A stretch of 64,000 bases of DNA from Azolla caroliniana (lineage: Eukaryota; Plantae; Polypodiophyta): positions 5,704,001 through 5,768,000 of the forward strand of contig JBHGNT010000012.1 in the NCBI GenBank assembly GCA_043228905.1. The letters run 5' to 3'. The position numbers were made by a program, and so were the translations under genes. Below, one piece after another: positions 13,395 to 24,969 of this stretch. The notes beneath the pieces are model-generated. The model searched no databases. It was given only the letters and a program-made list of their open reading frames with translations, and was not told the DNA's origin. Numbering within the stretch: the stretch's first letter is position 1; the number at the start of each line of letters is the position of its first letter.

Positions 13395-14247
13395 TTGTAA
13401 CCTCTTTGTGGGGTTGGATGTTGTATTATTGCTTTGAGAAATAAGAAACTCTTTTGTGTCTCTCTCTCTCTCTCTCTCTGTGCACTACCTACACTCTGTC
13501 ACACGCAGGTATTCACTTGAATCGAATGCTTCTTGATCTTCCGCAAAGACGACCTCGTCTCCAACATCTGGTATCAGAGCATTCGAGGTTCGGCCGTCAT
13601 CACCGCCTGCACAGCATTCGGTTCTTCACTTCACCGCGGCCTGCACAGTATTTGCGTCATTCGAAGAAAGAGAGAAGAAGAACAAAAACCAGGTTTGCAT
13701 CTCATTGCGTTAGATCATCTTTGCTTGGAGGAAGCCAGTAGGTTGTACTCTGTCCTTCGTGATCGTAACCGCTCGAGGTGAAATCCCCTTGTGCAACATT
13801 GACACGATCGTGCTCCATTCGGTTAAACGGCATCCGAAGAGGTCATCAATCGCCGCTCGTTGTAACCACTCGGTGCAAATCGGTCTCAAGACAACAACCC
13901 CAATTCGTGCTTCATCCGGTTGATCGACATTCGAGAGGATCAGTTGGATCCATCTCTCTCGTCGCTGCAGCCACCCGAAGCAGAATCGGTTCAGATAATC
14001 GGTTTTTAATAATCGGTATTCGGCAGATATATCCGAAGCGAATCGGACTCACTCCGACTCGGTAACATTCGGGAAGACCAGTCGGTTCTGTCCCTCAAGC
14101 TACCGAAGTCAATTCGAGCAAGCTCCGAAGCCGAACCTACTCGGGTTCAAATCCGACTAGAACGATATCGGGTGAGCCAACCGGCTGCACTCCAACAAGG
14201 TTCGTAGTCGACTCTGAACCGAGCTTCGTCAACCGAAACCGAATTTG

Positions 14248-17200
14248 ATGGCATCAACATCCGGCTCGTCAGAAATGAGTCTACGAAAGTTCGATGGATC
14301 GAACTTTAACTTCTGGAAGGAGCAAATGCAGGACTATCTCATAGTCAAGGGGCAAATCGATCCCATCGAAAATGAAGAACCTCCAGAAGGATACAAACCA
14401 ATCGAGTGGCAGAAGCTGGACAGAATCGTCCGCGCCACGATTCGGATGCACCTATCGGAATCGGTATATTTTACGGTGCAATCGTGTACGACAGCATTCG
14501 AACTGTGGAAAACACTGTCGGACACTTACGAAAAGAAGGTCGCCGCAACGAAGATGTTTCTGATCCGGCGCCTCTACAACTTGCGGATGAAAGAATCCGA
14601 TTCGGTCCGAGCACACCTCAATGAGTACGAAAGCATAAGCTCCCAAATCTCGTCACAGGGGACGGCAATCGAGGATGAACTCAGAGCAATGATACTCATG
14701 AGCAGCCTTCCCTCATCATGGGAAACTTTCGTCACAACCGTGTGCAACGCGTCAACCACGGCTGTTAAATACTCCGAAGTCACGAGCGCAATCCTGACCG
14801 AAGCAGCTCGGAGAAAGTCTTTCGCCAAAGACTCAACAGACGACGCTTACGTAGTACAAGGTTCGACAGACCGATCGAACATACGAGGAAGAGATTCCTC
14901 ACGACCGCCGAACAATCAGCGAAGACGGAGCCAGTCACGGGATAACCGAATCTGCAACTATTGCAAGAAACCCGGACACATCAAAGCCGACTGCCGCGCA
15001 CTCAAGAACAAAAACAACAAGAAGAGTGGCCGGCATGAGGAGATCAATTACGTCAGCTTCTCAGCTGATTTACTACCGGACGACCCGAATATACTCTCAA
15101 TCGAAAATCCAGTCGGATCAGAAGTTCTACTCACGACTGAAGAATCGAGCACATGGCTCTTAGATTCGGGCGCGTCATTTCACGTGACTCCTCATCGATC
15201 CCAATTTCGGCAATATACGGTCCGTCACTCCGACTCAGTTCGAGTCGGCAACTCGCAACACTGTGACATCATCGGAATCGGCACAGTAGAGCTCAACCTT
15301 GCAGGTGGCTCTACACTTGTACTCCACAATGTCCGACATGTACCCGAGCTCTCAAGGCCATTAATCTCAGTCGGACAACTAGATGAAGACGGCATTCGTG
15401 CCGGTTTTTCTTCGGGAGGGTGGACACTCCATAGGGGGAACCTCCTGCTTGCTAGAGGACCCAAGATACACTCACTGTATCCGTTACATGTTACACTCAG
15501 AGAGGGTAACCTGTTTTTGGTGGATATTCCTGTGTCATCACTATGGTACAGAAGATTAGGACACCTCAGCAAGGCCGGCATCACGCATCTATCTAGAGCC
15601 GGATACATCCCCAAACTCTCCTTCTCCGACCATCAATTCTGCGAGCATTGCCAATATGGCAAACAAGCAGCCGCATCACACCCGACATCAGCACCAAGAG
15701 AAACGAGACCTCTCGATTTGGTCCACTCGGACGTCTGTGGCCCAATGCCGCATCAGTCTCTTGGCGGTGCCTCTTACTTCGTCACTTTTATTGACGATTC
15801 GACTCGAAAGGTGTGGGCTTATCCAATTCGCACCAAAGATCGGGTCTTCTCGATCTTCACCGATTGGCTCGCTATGATAGAAAATCAAACCGACCGAAAG
15901 CTGAAATGCTTTCGGACAGACCATGGGGGAGAGTTCAAATCTGAAGAATTCGTCAAATTCTGCCGACACCGCGGCATCCGACGTGAATTTACGGCACCAC
16001 ACAGCCCGGAGCAAAACGGGATTGCCGAACGCATGAATCGGACAATCCAAGAACGGATAGTTTCCATGCTCCAACACTCCGAACTGTCGGATGGCTTCTG
16101 GGCAGAGGCTCTACTCACGGCAGTACACATAATCAATATGTCGCCAAGTAGACCTCTAGGACTTCAAATTCCTCAGGAACTATGGATCGGCAGTAAGCCG
16201 AATTACGACAAGCTGAGGATCTTCGGATGCGAGGCGTATGCCCTTATTCCGAAAGATGATCGCCGAAAACTTGCACCTCGGTCCAGGAAATGCATTTTCC
16301 TTGGATATGGATCCGACGGCGAAATGGGATACCGACTCTGGGATCCCGAACGCAGACAAATCGTTCGAAGTTCGGACGTTGTGTTCAATGAGTCGGCTAT
16401 GAATCCATCAATCGAAAAACCGATCGAAGTCCGAAGGGTAACATTTTCCGATGTGCCGACCCTTCAAGAAGGCCCCGCTCTCAACACACGGTCAGCTTCA
16501 CGGGTAGCTGAACCTTACACAACCGACTCGGACAACTCCGACTCGGCACAGCAGAACAATCCGCTTTCGGACCATCCGACCTCGATACCCGATGCGACCA
16601 GTCCAATCTTACCTCGACGATCCGAGAGACTGTCGCAACCTCCGGAGAGGTACTCTCCTGGAGTCTTCTTCACCGACGCCGGCGAACCGACGTCTTACGA
16701 AGAAGCATCGACATCTGTCGACTCAGCCACCTGGCATCTGGCGATGGAGTCGGAAATGCACTCCATTCGGGCAAACAAGACTTGGGATCTGGTCGAATTA
16801 CCTAAGAATCGACGTGCTCTTCCTTGCAAGTGGGTTTATCGACTGAAAGAGACGTCTGATTCGACCACCCCAAAGTACAAGGCCAGATTAGTTGCGAAGG
16901 GCTTCCGACAAGAATATGGCGTCGACTTCGACGAGATTTTCTCACCAGTGGTGAAAATGACAACCCTTCGTTTCCTACTCGGCGTAGTGGCAGCCGACAA
17001 CTTGGAGCTGATTCAGCTAGATGTCAAAACAACCTTCCTCCATGGTGATCTCGAGGAGGAAATTTATATGGAGCAGCCCAAAGGCTTCGTGGCCACCGGC
17101 CAAGAACATCTAGTCTGCCGACTCAGGAAGAGTCTATACGGCCTCAAACAGGCACCGCGACAATGGTACAAGAAGTTCGACGACTTCATCCAATCGATCG

Positions 17201-18261
17201 GCTTCTCCAAAAGCGATGAGGACCATTGTCTCTTCACCAACACAGCTCAAGATGGTTCACCCATCTTCCTCATCATTTACGTGGACGACATGCTAATTTC
17301 TGGACGCCACGCGGGCGAACTTGCTGATCTCATTCGGCAACTGCGGTTGAAGTTTGCCATGAAGGACCTCGGTCCGGCACGACACATACTCGGCATGAAG
17401 ATTAGTCGGCATCGCGATAAACGACATCTTTTTTTGTCTCAGACCGACTATATCCGACGTGTCTTGGAACGCTTCAACATGCAATCAGCCAAATCTGCTT
17501 CAACCCCGCTCCCAATGAATCTTCGGCTCTCTCAGCGAGACTGCCCGACATCCGGTCCGGAGGGGGAAGATGTGAAGTCGGTACCGTATGCACTGGCAGT
17601 CGGCTCCCTTATGTACCTGATGGTCGCGACACGGCCTGATATTTCTCACGCCGTAGGAGTCGTTAGCAGATTTATGCACAACCCTGGCCGATCGCATTGG
17701 AACGCAGTCAAGCATGTGTTCAGATATCTGGCTGGCACAAAAGACCACGGCATTCTTTTCGGTCCGAACCGAACCTCAGGCGTAGTCGGTTACACCGACT
17801 CGGATTTCGCCGGCTGTATAGACAGTCGGAAATCAACAACCGGATACTGCTTCAAATTCGGCAATGGAGCAATTTCGTGGAAGTCGAAACTTCAGGAGTG
17901 CACAGCGACCTCAACGACCGAAGCAGAATATGTAGCTGCGTCCGACGCAGCAAAAGAAGCTTTGTGGCTCGGTCGGCTGGCGCACGCGTTTCGACAAGTC
18001 GACCATGACTCGGCTCCAGTTGTCTACAGCGACAGTCAAGGTGCTGTTGCCTTGTCAAAAAATCCGGTTCACCACAACGCCTCCAAACATATCGACGTTC
18101 GATATCACTTCGTTCGGGACTGCGTCATTTCAGGGAATATCGGTCTAGCGAAAATATCCACAACCGACAATGTCGCAGATGGAATGACCAAGTGTCTCTC
18201 GGCAGACCGTTTTCGGTCCCTTCGGCATCAGATGGGCGTAACGACAAACCAGTCCGGTTAG
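14248..18261 (+). CDS. Copia gag-pol polyprotein (copy B), open but with substitutions in conserved motifs
   Basis: CNYCKKPGHIKADC, WLLDSGAS, integrase DDE, YVDDML, RNase H. Has WYRRLGH, TDHGGEF and DVKTTF where copies C/D have WHRRLGH, TDNGGEF and DVKTAF. First ATG at 14248. Confidence 0.92.
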   Translation: MASTSGSSEMSLRKFDGSNFNFWKEQMQDYLIVKGQIDPIENEEPPEGYKPIEWQKLDRIVRATIRMHLSESVYFTVQSCTTAFELWKTLSDTYEKKVAATKMFLIRRLYNLRMKESDSVRAHLNEYESISSQISSQGTAIEDELRAMILMSSLPSSWETFVTTVCNASTTAVKYSEVTSAILTEAARRKSFAKDSTDDAYVVQGSTDRSNIRGRDSSRPPNNQRRRSQSRDNRICNYCKKPGHIKADCRALKNKNNKKSGRHEEINYVSFSADLLPDDPNILSIENPVGSEVLLTTEESSTWLLDSGASFHVTPHRSQFRQYTVRHSDSVRVGNSQHCDIIGIGTVELNLAGGSTLVLHNVRHVPELSRPLISVGQLDEDGIRAGFSSGGWTLHRGNLLLARGPKIHSLYPLHVTLREGNLFLVDIPVSSLWYRRLGHLSKAGITHLSRAGYIPKLSFSDHQFCEHCQYGKQAAASHPTSAPRETRPLDLVHSDVCGPMPHQSLGGASYFVTFIDDSTRKVWAYPIRTKDRVFSIFTDWLAMIENQTDRKLKCFRTDHGGEFKSEEFVKFCRHRGIRREFTAPHSPEQNGIAERMNRTIQERIVSMLQHSELSDGFWAEALLTAVHIINMSPSRPLGLQIPQELWIGSKPNYDKLRIFGCEAYALIPKDDRRKLAPRSRKCIFLGYGSDGEMGYRLWDPERRQIVRSSDVVFNESAMNPSIEKPIEVRRVTFSDVPTLQEGPALNTRSASRVAEPYTTDSDNSDSAQQNNPLSDHPTSIPDATSPILPRRSERLSQPPERYSPGVFFTDAGEPTSYEEASTSVDSATWHLAMESEMHSIRANKTWDLVELPKNRRALPCKWVYRLKETSDSTTPKYKARLVAKGFRQEYGVDFDEIFSPVVKMTTLRFLLGVVAADNLELIQLDVKTTFLHGDLEEEIYMEQPKGFVATGQEHLVCRLRKSLYGLKQAPRQWYKKFDDFIQSIGFSKSDEDHCLFTNTAQDGSPIFLIIYVDDMLISGRHAGELADLIRQLRLKFAMKDLGPARHILGMKISRHRDKRHLFLSQTDYIRRVLERFNMQSAKSASTPLPMNLRLSQRDCPTSGPEGEDVKSVPYALAVGSLMYLMVATRPDISHAVGVVSRFMHNPGRSHWNAVKHVFRYLAGTKDHGILFGPNRTSGVVGYTDSDFAGCIDSRKSTTGYCFKFGNGAISWKSKLQECTATSTTEAEYVAASDAAKEALWLGRLAHAFRQVDHDSAPVVYSDSQGAVALSKNPVHHNASKHIDVRYHFVRDCVISGNIGLAKISTTDNVADGMTKCLSADRFRSLRHQMGVTTNQSG

Positions 18262-18684
18262 AGCCGGACACAGAGCAGGATGGTTCCCGACAACCGACAT
18301 CAGTTCCTTAATGATCGGCTTCAACTGTTCCGACCCGACCAGTTCGATCTTCTGCCTTCGGACCCTGCCGACTGGAACAAAGCTGATGTGTCCGAGAACC
18401 TAAGTCTATACCTGTAATCTTAGATAACCCATGTATACGCCCATTACGGGGGAGTGTCGAATACATGTGTATAATGGACGTATTCACACTATCCCGTTTT
18501 GAGTAGTTGCCCTAAGTCGGTCACTATATATAGTGACCTTGTAACCTCTTTGTGGGGTTGGATGTTGTATTATTGCTTTGAGAAATAAGAAACTCTTTTG
18601 TGTCTCTCTCTCTCTCTCTCTCTGTGCACTACCTACACTCTGTCACACGCAGGTATTCACTTGAATCGAATGCTTCTTGATCTT

Positions 18685-18784
18685 NNNNNNNNNNNNNNNN
18701 NNNNNNNNNNNNNNNNNNNNNNNNNNNNNNNNNNNNNNNNNNNNNNNNNNNNNNNNNNNNNNNNNNNNNNNNNNNNNNNNNNNN
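18685..18784. other. Scaffold gap (100 N) flanked by a ~0.9-kb overlap duplication
   Basis: 18787-~19725 repeats ~17765-18684 essentially identically, which is typical of unmerged contig ends. Confidence 0.9.
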
Positions 18785-19751
18785 AAACCGAACCTCAGGC
18801 GTAGTCGGTTACACCGACTCGGATTTCGCCGGCTGTATAGACAGTCGGAAATCAACAACCGGATACTGCTTCAAATTCGGCAATGGAGCAATTTCGTGGA
18901 AGTCGAAACTTCAGGAGTGCACAGCGACCTCAACGACCGAAGCAGAATATGTAGCTGCGTCCGACGCAGCAAAAGAAGCTTTGTGGCTCGGTCGGCTGGC
19001 GCACGCGTTTCGACAAGTCGACCATGACTCGGCTCCAGTTGTCTACAGCGACAGTCAAGGTGCTGTTGCCTTGTCAAAAAATCCGGTTCACCACAACGCC
19101 TCCAAACATATCGACGTTCGATATCACTTCGTTCGGGACTGCGTCATTTCAGGGAATATCGGTCTAGCGAAAATATCCACAACCGACAATGTCGCAGATG
19201 GAATGACCAAGTGTCTCTCGGCAGACCGTTTTCGGTCCCTTCGGCATCAGATGGGCGTAACGACAAACCAGTCCGGTTAGAGCCGGACACAGAGCAGGAT
19301 GGTTCCCGACAACCGACATCAGTTCCTTAATGATCGGCTTCAACTGTTCCGACCCGACCAGTTCGATCTTCTGCCTTCGGACCCTGCCGACTGGAACAAA
19401 GCTGATGTGTCCGAGAACCTAAGTCTATACCTGTAATCTTAGATAACCCATGTATACGCCCATTACGGGGGAGTGTCGAATACATGTGTATAATGGACGT
19501 ATTCACACTATCCCGTTTTGGCCATTTATGTAATTAGCATAAAGGGTAGTTGCCCTAAGTCGGTCACTATATATAGTGACCTTGTAACCTCTTTGTGGGG
19601 TTGGATGTTGTATTATTGCTTTGAGAAATAAGAAACTCTTTTGTGTCTCTCTCTCTCTCTCTCTGTGCACTACCTACACTCTGTCACACGCAGGTATTCA
19701 CTTGAATCGAATGCTTCTTGATCTTCCGCAAAGACGACCTCGTCTCCAACA

Positions 19752-22139
19752 GGTCCTTCATGGCAAACTTCAACCGCAGTTGCCGAATGAGATCAGCAAG
19801 TTCGCCCGCGTGGCGTCCAGAAATTAGCATGTCGTCCACGTAAATGATGAGGAAGATGGGTGAACCATCTTGAGCTGTGTTGGTGAAGAGACAATGGTCC
19901 TCATCGCTTTTGGAGAAGCCGATCGATTGGATGAAGTCGTCGAACTTCTTGTACCATTGTCGCGGTGCCTGTTTGAGGCCGTATAGACTCTTCCTGAGTC
20001 GGCAGACTAGATGTTCTTGGCCGGTGGCCACGAAGCCTTTGGGCTGCTCCATATAAATTTCCTCCTCGAGATCACCATGGAGGAAGGCTGTTTTGACATC
20101 TAGCTGAATCAGCTCCAAGTTGTCGGCTGCCACTACGCCGAGTAGGAAACGAAGGGTTGTCATTTTCACCACTGGTGAGAAAATCTCATCGAAGTCGACG
20201 CCATATTCTTGTCGGAAGCCCTTCGCAACTAATCTGGCCTTGTACTTTGGGGTGGTCGAATCAGACGTCTCTTTCAGTCCGTCGATTCTTAGGTAATTCG
20301 ACCAGGTCCCAAGTCTTGTTTGCCCGAATGGAGTGCATTTCCGACTCCATCGCCAGATGCCAGGTGGCTGAATCGACAGATGTCGATGCTTCTTCGTAAG
20401 ACGTCGGTTCGCCGGGTTGTCGGCAGAATTTGAACGAATTCTTCAGATTTGAACTCTCCCCCATTGTCTGTCCGAAAGCATTTCAGCTTTCGGTCGGTTT
20501 GATTTTCTATCATAGCGAGCCAATCGGTGAAGATCGAGAAGACCCGATCTTTGGTGCGAATTGGATACGCCCACACCTTTCGAGTCGAATCGTCAATAAA
20601 AGTGACGAAGTAAGAGGCACCGCCAAGAGACTGATGCGGCATTGGGCCACAGACGTCCGAGTGGACCAAATCGAGAGGTCTCGTTTCTCTTGGTGCTGAT
20701 GTCGGGTGTGATGCGGCTGCTTGTTTGCCATACTGGCAATGCTCGCAGAATTGATGGTCGGAGAAGGAGAGTTTGGGGATGTATCCGGCTCTAGATAGAT
20801 GCGTGATGCCGGCCTTGCTGAGGTGTCCTAATCTTCTGTGCCATAGTGATGACACAGGAATATCCACCAAAAACAGGTTACCCTCTCTGAGTGTAACATG
20901 TAACGGATACAGTGAGTGTATCTTGGGTCCTCTAGCAAGCAGGAGGTTCCCCCTATGGAGTGTCCACCCTCCCGAAGAAAAACCGGCACGAATGCCGTCT
21001 TCATCTAGTTGTCCGACTGAGATTAATGGCCTTGAGAGCTCGGGTACATGTCGGACATTGTGGAGTACAAGTGTAGAGCCACCTGCAAGGTTGAGCTCTA
21101 CTGTGCCGATTCCGATGATGTCACAGTGTTGCGAGTTGCCGACTCGAACTGAGTCGGAGTGACGGACCGTATATTGCCGAAATTGGGATCGATGAGGAGT
21201 CACGTGAAATGACGCGCCCGAATCTAAGAGCCATGTGCTCGATTCTTCAGTCGTGAGCAGAACTTCTGATCCGACTGGATTTTCGATTGATAGTATATTC
21301 GGGTCGTCCGGTAGTACATCAGCTGAGAAGCTGACGTAATTGATCTCCTCATGCCGGCCACTCTTCTTGTTGTTTTTGTTCTTGAGTGCGCGGCAGTCGG
21401 CTTTGATGTGTCCGGGTTTCTTGCAATAGTTGCAGATTCGGTTATCCCGTGACTGGCTCCGTCTTCGCTGATTGTTCGGCGGTCGTGAGGAATCTCTTCC
21501 TCGTATGTTCGATCGGTCTGTCGAACCTTGTACTACATAAGCGTCGTCTGTTGAGTCTTTGGCGAAAGACTTTCTCCGAGCTGCTTCGGTCAGGATTGCG
21601 CTCGTGACTTCGGAGTATTTAACAGCCGTGGTTGACGCGTTGCACACGGTTGTGACGAAAGTTTCCCATGATGAGGGAAGGCTGCTCATGAGTATCATTG
21701 CTCTGAGTTCATCCTCGATTGCCGTCCCCTGTGACGAGATTTGGGAGCTTATGCTTTTGTACTCATTGAGGTGTGCTTGGACCGAATCGGATTCTTTCAT
21801 CCGCAAGTTGTAGAGGCGCCGGATCAGAAACATCTTCGTTGCGGCGACCTTCTTTTCGTAAGTGTCCGACAGTGTTTTCCACAGTTCGAATGCTGTCGTA
21901 CACGATTGCACCGTAAAATATACCGATTCCGATAGGTGCATCCGAATCGTGGCGCGGACGATTCTGTCCAGCTTCTGCCACTCGATTGGTTTGTATCCTT
22001 CTGGAGGTTCTTCATTTTCGATGGGATCGATTTGCCCCTTGACTATGAGATAGTCCTGCATTTGCTCCTTCCAGAAGTTAAAGTTCGATCCATCGAACTT
22101 TCGTAGACTCATTTCTGACGAGCCGGATGTTGATGCCAT
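19752..22139 (-). pseudogene. Copy A gag-pol remnant with internal deletions
   Basis: Same gag-PR-INT start as copy C. A ~0.7-kb deletion at ~20414 (gccg microhomology), a ~26-bp deletion at ~20280, and RT cut at the copy B insertion. Confidence 0.88.
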
Positions 22140-24329
22140 CAAATTCGGTTTCGGTTGACGAAGCTCGGTTCGGAGTCGGCTACGAACCTTGTTGGAGTGC
22201 AGCCGGTTGGCTCACCCGATATCGTTCTAGTCGGATTTGAACCCGAGTAGGTTCGGCTTCGGAGCTTGCTCGAATTGACTTCGGTAGCTTGAGGGACAGA
22301 ACCGACTGGTCTTCCCGAATGTTACCGAGTCGGAGTGAGTCCGGTTCGCTACGGATATATCTGCCGAATACCGATTATTAAAACCGATTATCTGAACCGA
22401 TTCTGCTTCGGGTGGCTGCAGCGACGAGAGAGATGGATCCAACTGATCCTCTCGAATGTCGATCAGCCGGATGAAGCACGAATTGGGGTTGTTGTCTTGA
22501 GACCGATTTGCACCGAGTGGTTACAACGAGCGGCGATTGATGACCTCTTCGGATGCCGTTTAACCGAATGGAGCACGATCGTGTCAATGTTGCACAAGGG
22601 GATTTCACCTCGAGCGGTTACGATCACGAAGGACAGAGTACAACCTGATGGCTTACTCCAAGCAAGAGGATCTAACGCGATGAGGTGCAGACCTCGTTTT
22701 TGTTCTTCTTCTCTCTTTCTTCGAATGACGCGAATACTGTGCAGGCCGTGATGAAGTGAAGAACCGAATGCTGTGCAGGCGGTGATGACGGCCGAACCTC
22801 TGCTCTGATACCAGATGTTGTAGGCGAGGAAGGTCGTCTGTGCGGAAAGAGAGAAGCATTCGATTCTTGTGAATACCTGCGTGTGACAGAGTGTAGGTCG
22901 TGCACAGAGAGAGAGAGAGAGGGAGAGAGACACAAAAGAGTTTCTTATTTCTCAAAGCAATAATACAACATCCAACCTCACAAAGAGGTTACAAGGTCAC
23001 TATATATAGTGAGCGACTTAGGGCAACTACCCTTTATGCTAATTACATAAATGGCCAAAACGGGATAGTGTGAATACGTCCATTATACACATGTATTCGA
23101 CAGGTACATAATGTAGAGTAGGTGATAAAGAGGCCTTATTTCAAGGTTTGAACCTAAGAATAAGGGAACTCAATCTATGGATATGGAAAATCAAAGTTTA
23201 GTGCTCTGAGATAAGGGGAAAAAACCATTGGATAGGCCTAGTATCGATGTTTTTGATAAAGATTGACATCATGTAAAGGGCAAGTCGAAGGGGAAATAAA
23301 TGAATATGCAGCATAATAGTTTGTTCACTGCTCGTCATACTACTTGGCAAAGTACTTTAGGAACAAGGGAGGGTCTTCGAAAAGCTCCTTATCAACGACA
23401 ATTTAGGGATAAGATATTACCCCTCCAACTTCAATTTGATTCATTGGAACGAGTTGTAAATTCATCGGATTCTCGAGGTTTTTGTCAGGCGGGAGGACGT
23501 AAACAAAAAGTTTTGATAGACACTAAGGATGTGGTGCATGAAAATCCATATACAACATTGGATCATGCTTTAACTAGTTTCATGGGATCGGTTGTTTTGA
23601 AGGAGCAAGTGCACCCATAATATTGTTGATTGAATGAAAGTGGTAATAGGGAATGTAAGAGGGGCATGTTCTCCTTGTAAGAAGATATATTATGAGAAAT
23701 TTTATTTAGTAGAGAATGGGATATATTATGTGTAATTGAGCATAAGTGTCATGAGTTAGCAAGGACCAGAGTTCATTTGAGTGGATATTCATCACTCTAT
23801 GTAGGAGATCTTGGTAATCATTATTCAGGTGTGGTATTAATTATGGGGGATAAATATTATCAAGTTGTGCATACTGATCCTTATGGTTGTTTTTGGGTTA
23901 CAGAAATCACTTATTTTGGTCAGGTTGTAAATGAACATATTGTAGCAACTATTATCCTCATGGAGCAAATTTTGGTGAGTTTTTCACAACAAATGCATCA
24001 TAAAGGAGTAAAAGCATGGGAAATAACGTTATGACTTTTAAGATCATTCGTTGTATGTATGGGGTAACTAATGCCCAACGATGAGGAGGTCTTCTTCAAC
24101 AATTCTCACAAATTCTCTCTAGGTGTAATGCATTATTGATACATCACCATTTGATGAGGATCTTTTGGATATCCAGAGTCAATTGCATTGCCAAAGTTAT
24201 CGTGATGCTAAGATGTGGCAACTTTGGGATGACCTCATAAATAATCATTGCCCAATCATTGTCAATCACGTTTGTTTTTCTAAGCATTACAGTCTGCCTA
24301 TGCTTGATTTAGTGTGGTACATGTGAAGC

Positions 24330-24670
24330 AAGGGGATGAACTTATAGTGGATTCTACTACAATAATTCCGATACATGCTCATTACTAGCTCATTCTAGTG
24401 GGTTAATATGACCTAGCTCCCTATATACAAGCTAGTGCTAGATAGTACTTATCTTAAAGTCAATGACACATACTTCAAGACTAAGTACATCGTAACTTGC
24501 CCACAAAATATTCTTCTAGTTGACTTGATTAGCCAATCCTATTAACCTACTTCTCTCTTTCCTAAATACATTGTGTCCTATGCATCTACGGTTTCCTAGA
24601 TTGACACCTTATCGATCCATATGGTCGAGTTGCACAATAGCTACTCCTCATTTGTGGCGCTATCACAAAA
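24330..24670 (-). mobile_element. LTR fragment of the same family as the copia at 710-4465
   Basis: Reverse complement of 24545-24670 aligns with 4341-4465 (ttttgtgatagcgcc...caactcgaccatatgg.tcgataaggtgt.aatctaggaaaccgtagatgc). Left limit approximate. Confidence 0.75.
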
Positions 24671-24969
24671 GTTGCAGCTTAAGCAGGAGCTCAATAACAT
24701 CTGACAAGAAGGCATGTCGATCACTGACTACACCACAAAGATCAATTAGATTTGTGACTCACTCGGCTCCATCAACGTGACGGTGGACGAAGATGAGATG
24801 GTGCAGATCTGTCTTGGAGGTTTAGCTCAGAAGTACGTGCCAATTCGGATGGCTATCTGCAGGAGAGAGAACCCCTGTCCTTTTTCGACTTGCAGTCGAT
24901 GCTCCTTGTAGAGGAGAACCCCACGGATGCATCGACGAGCAGGCACACCGATAACAAGATGTTGTACAC
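24668..24969 (+). pseudogene. Copia gag fragment related to elements E and H
   Basis: KLQLKQELNNI...GSINVTVDEDEMVQICLGGLAQ...FFDLQSMLLVEEN...MLYT, similar to ORFs 56930-57601 and 58725-59108. Confidence 0.8.

Larger units (their letters stand above)
13385..19751 (+). mobile_element. Copia family copy B (variant U5/leader), nested antisense in the RT of copy A; 5' LTR lacks U3
   Basis: R-U5 13385-13566, PBS 13569-13580, gag-pol ORF, PPT gggggag, 3' LTR 19474-19751, immediately followed by GGTCC and the minus-strand RT of copy A. Confidence 0.88.
13196..23102 (-). mobile_element. Copia family copy A (outer, minus strand), rearranged, hosting copy B
   Basis: TSD GGTAC at 13191-13195 and 23103-23107. 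5' LTR 22816-23102 (287 bp, TG...CA), followed by PBS TGGTATCAGAGC. Only the R-U5 half of the 3' LTR remains (13196-13394). Confidence 0.9.
12920..24250 (+). mobile_element. Decayed L1-type LINE (ORF1 zinc knuckle and ORF2 endonuclease start), interrupted by copia A/B at 13196-23102
   Basis: CFGCAEWDHFMADC (CX2CX4HX4C) at ~13043-13085. APE-like start GNVRG...WDILCVIEHK...SGVVLIM at ~23650-23850. The flanks are joined by TSD GGTAC. Outer boundaries approximate. Confidence 0.55.

Noticed and set aside
13454-14065. Short ORFs in LTR/leader recurring in every copy (possible accessory genes)
   Set aside because: They recur only because the DNA is repeated. They start at non-ATG codons in CT repeats and their frames differ between B and A/C/D.
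14334-18058. Antisense/overlapping ORFs within gag-pol
   Set aside because: Expected shadow ORFs of GC-rich coding DNA with no recognisable motifs.
17765-19725. Apparent tandem duplication of RNase H + 3' LTR (three-LTR element)
   Set aside because: The copies flank a 100-N gap and are essentially identical, which indicates unmerged contig overlap. The ~22-bp LTR deletion near 18502 may also be a contig-end error.
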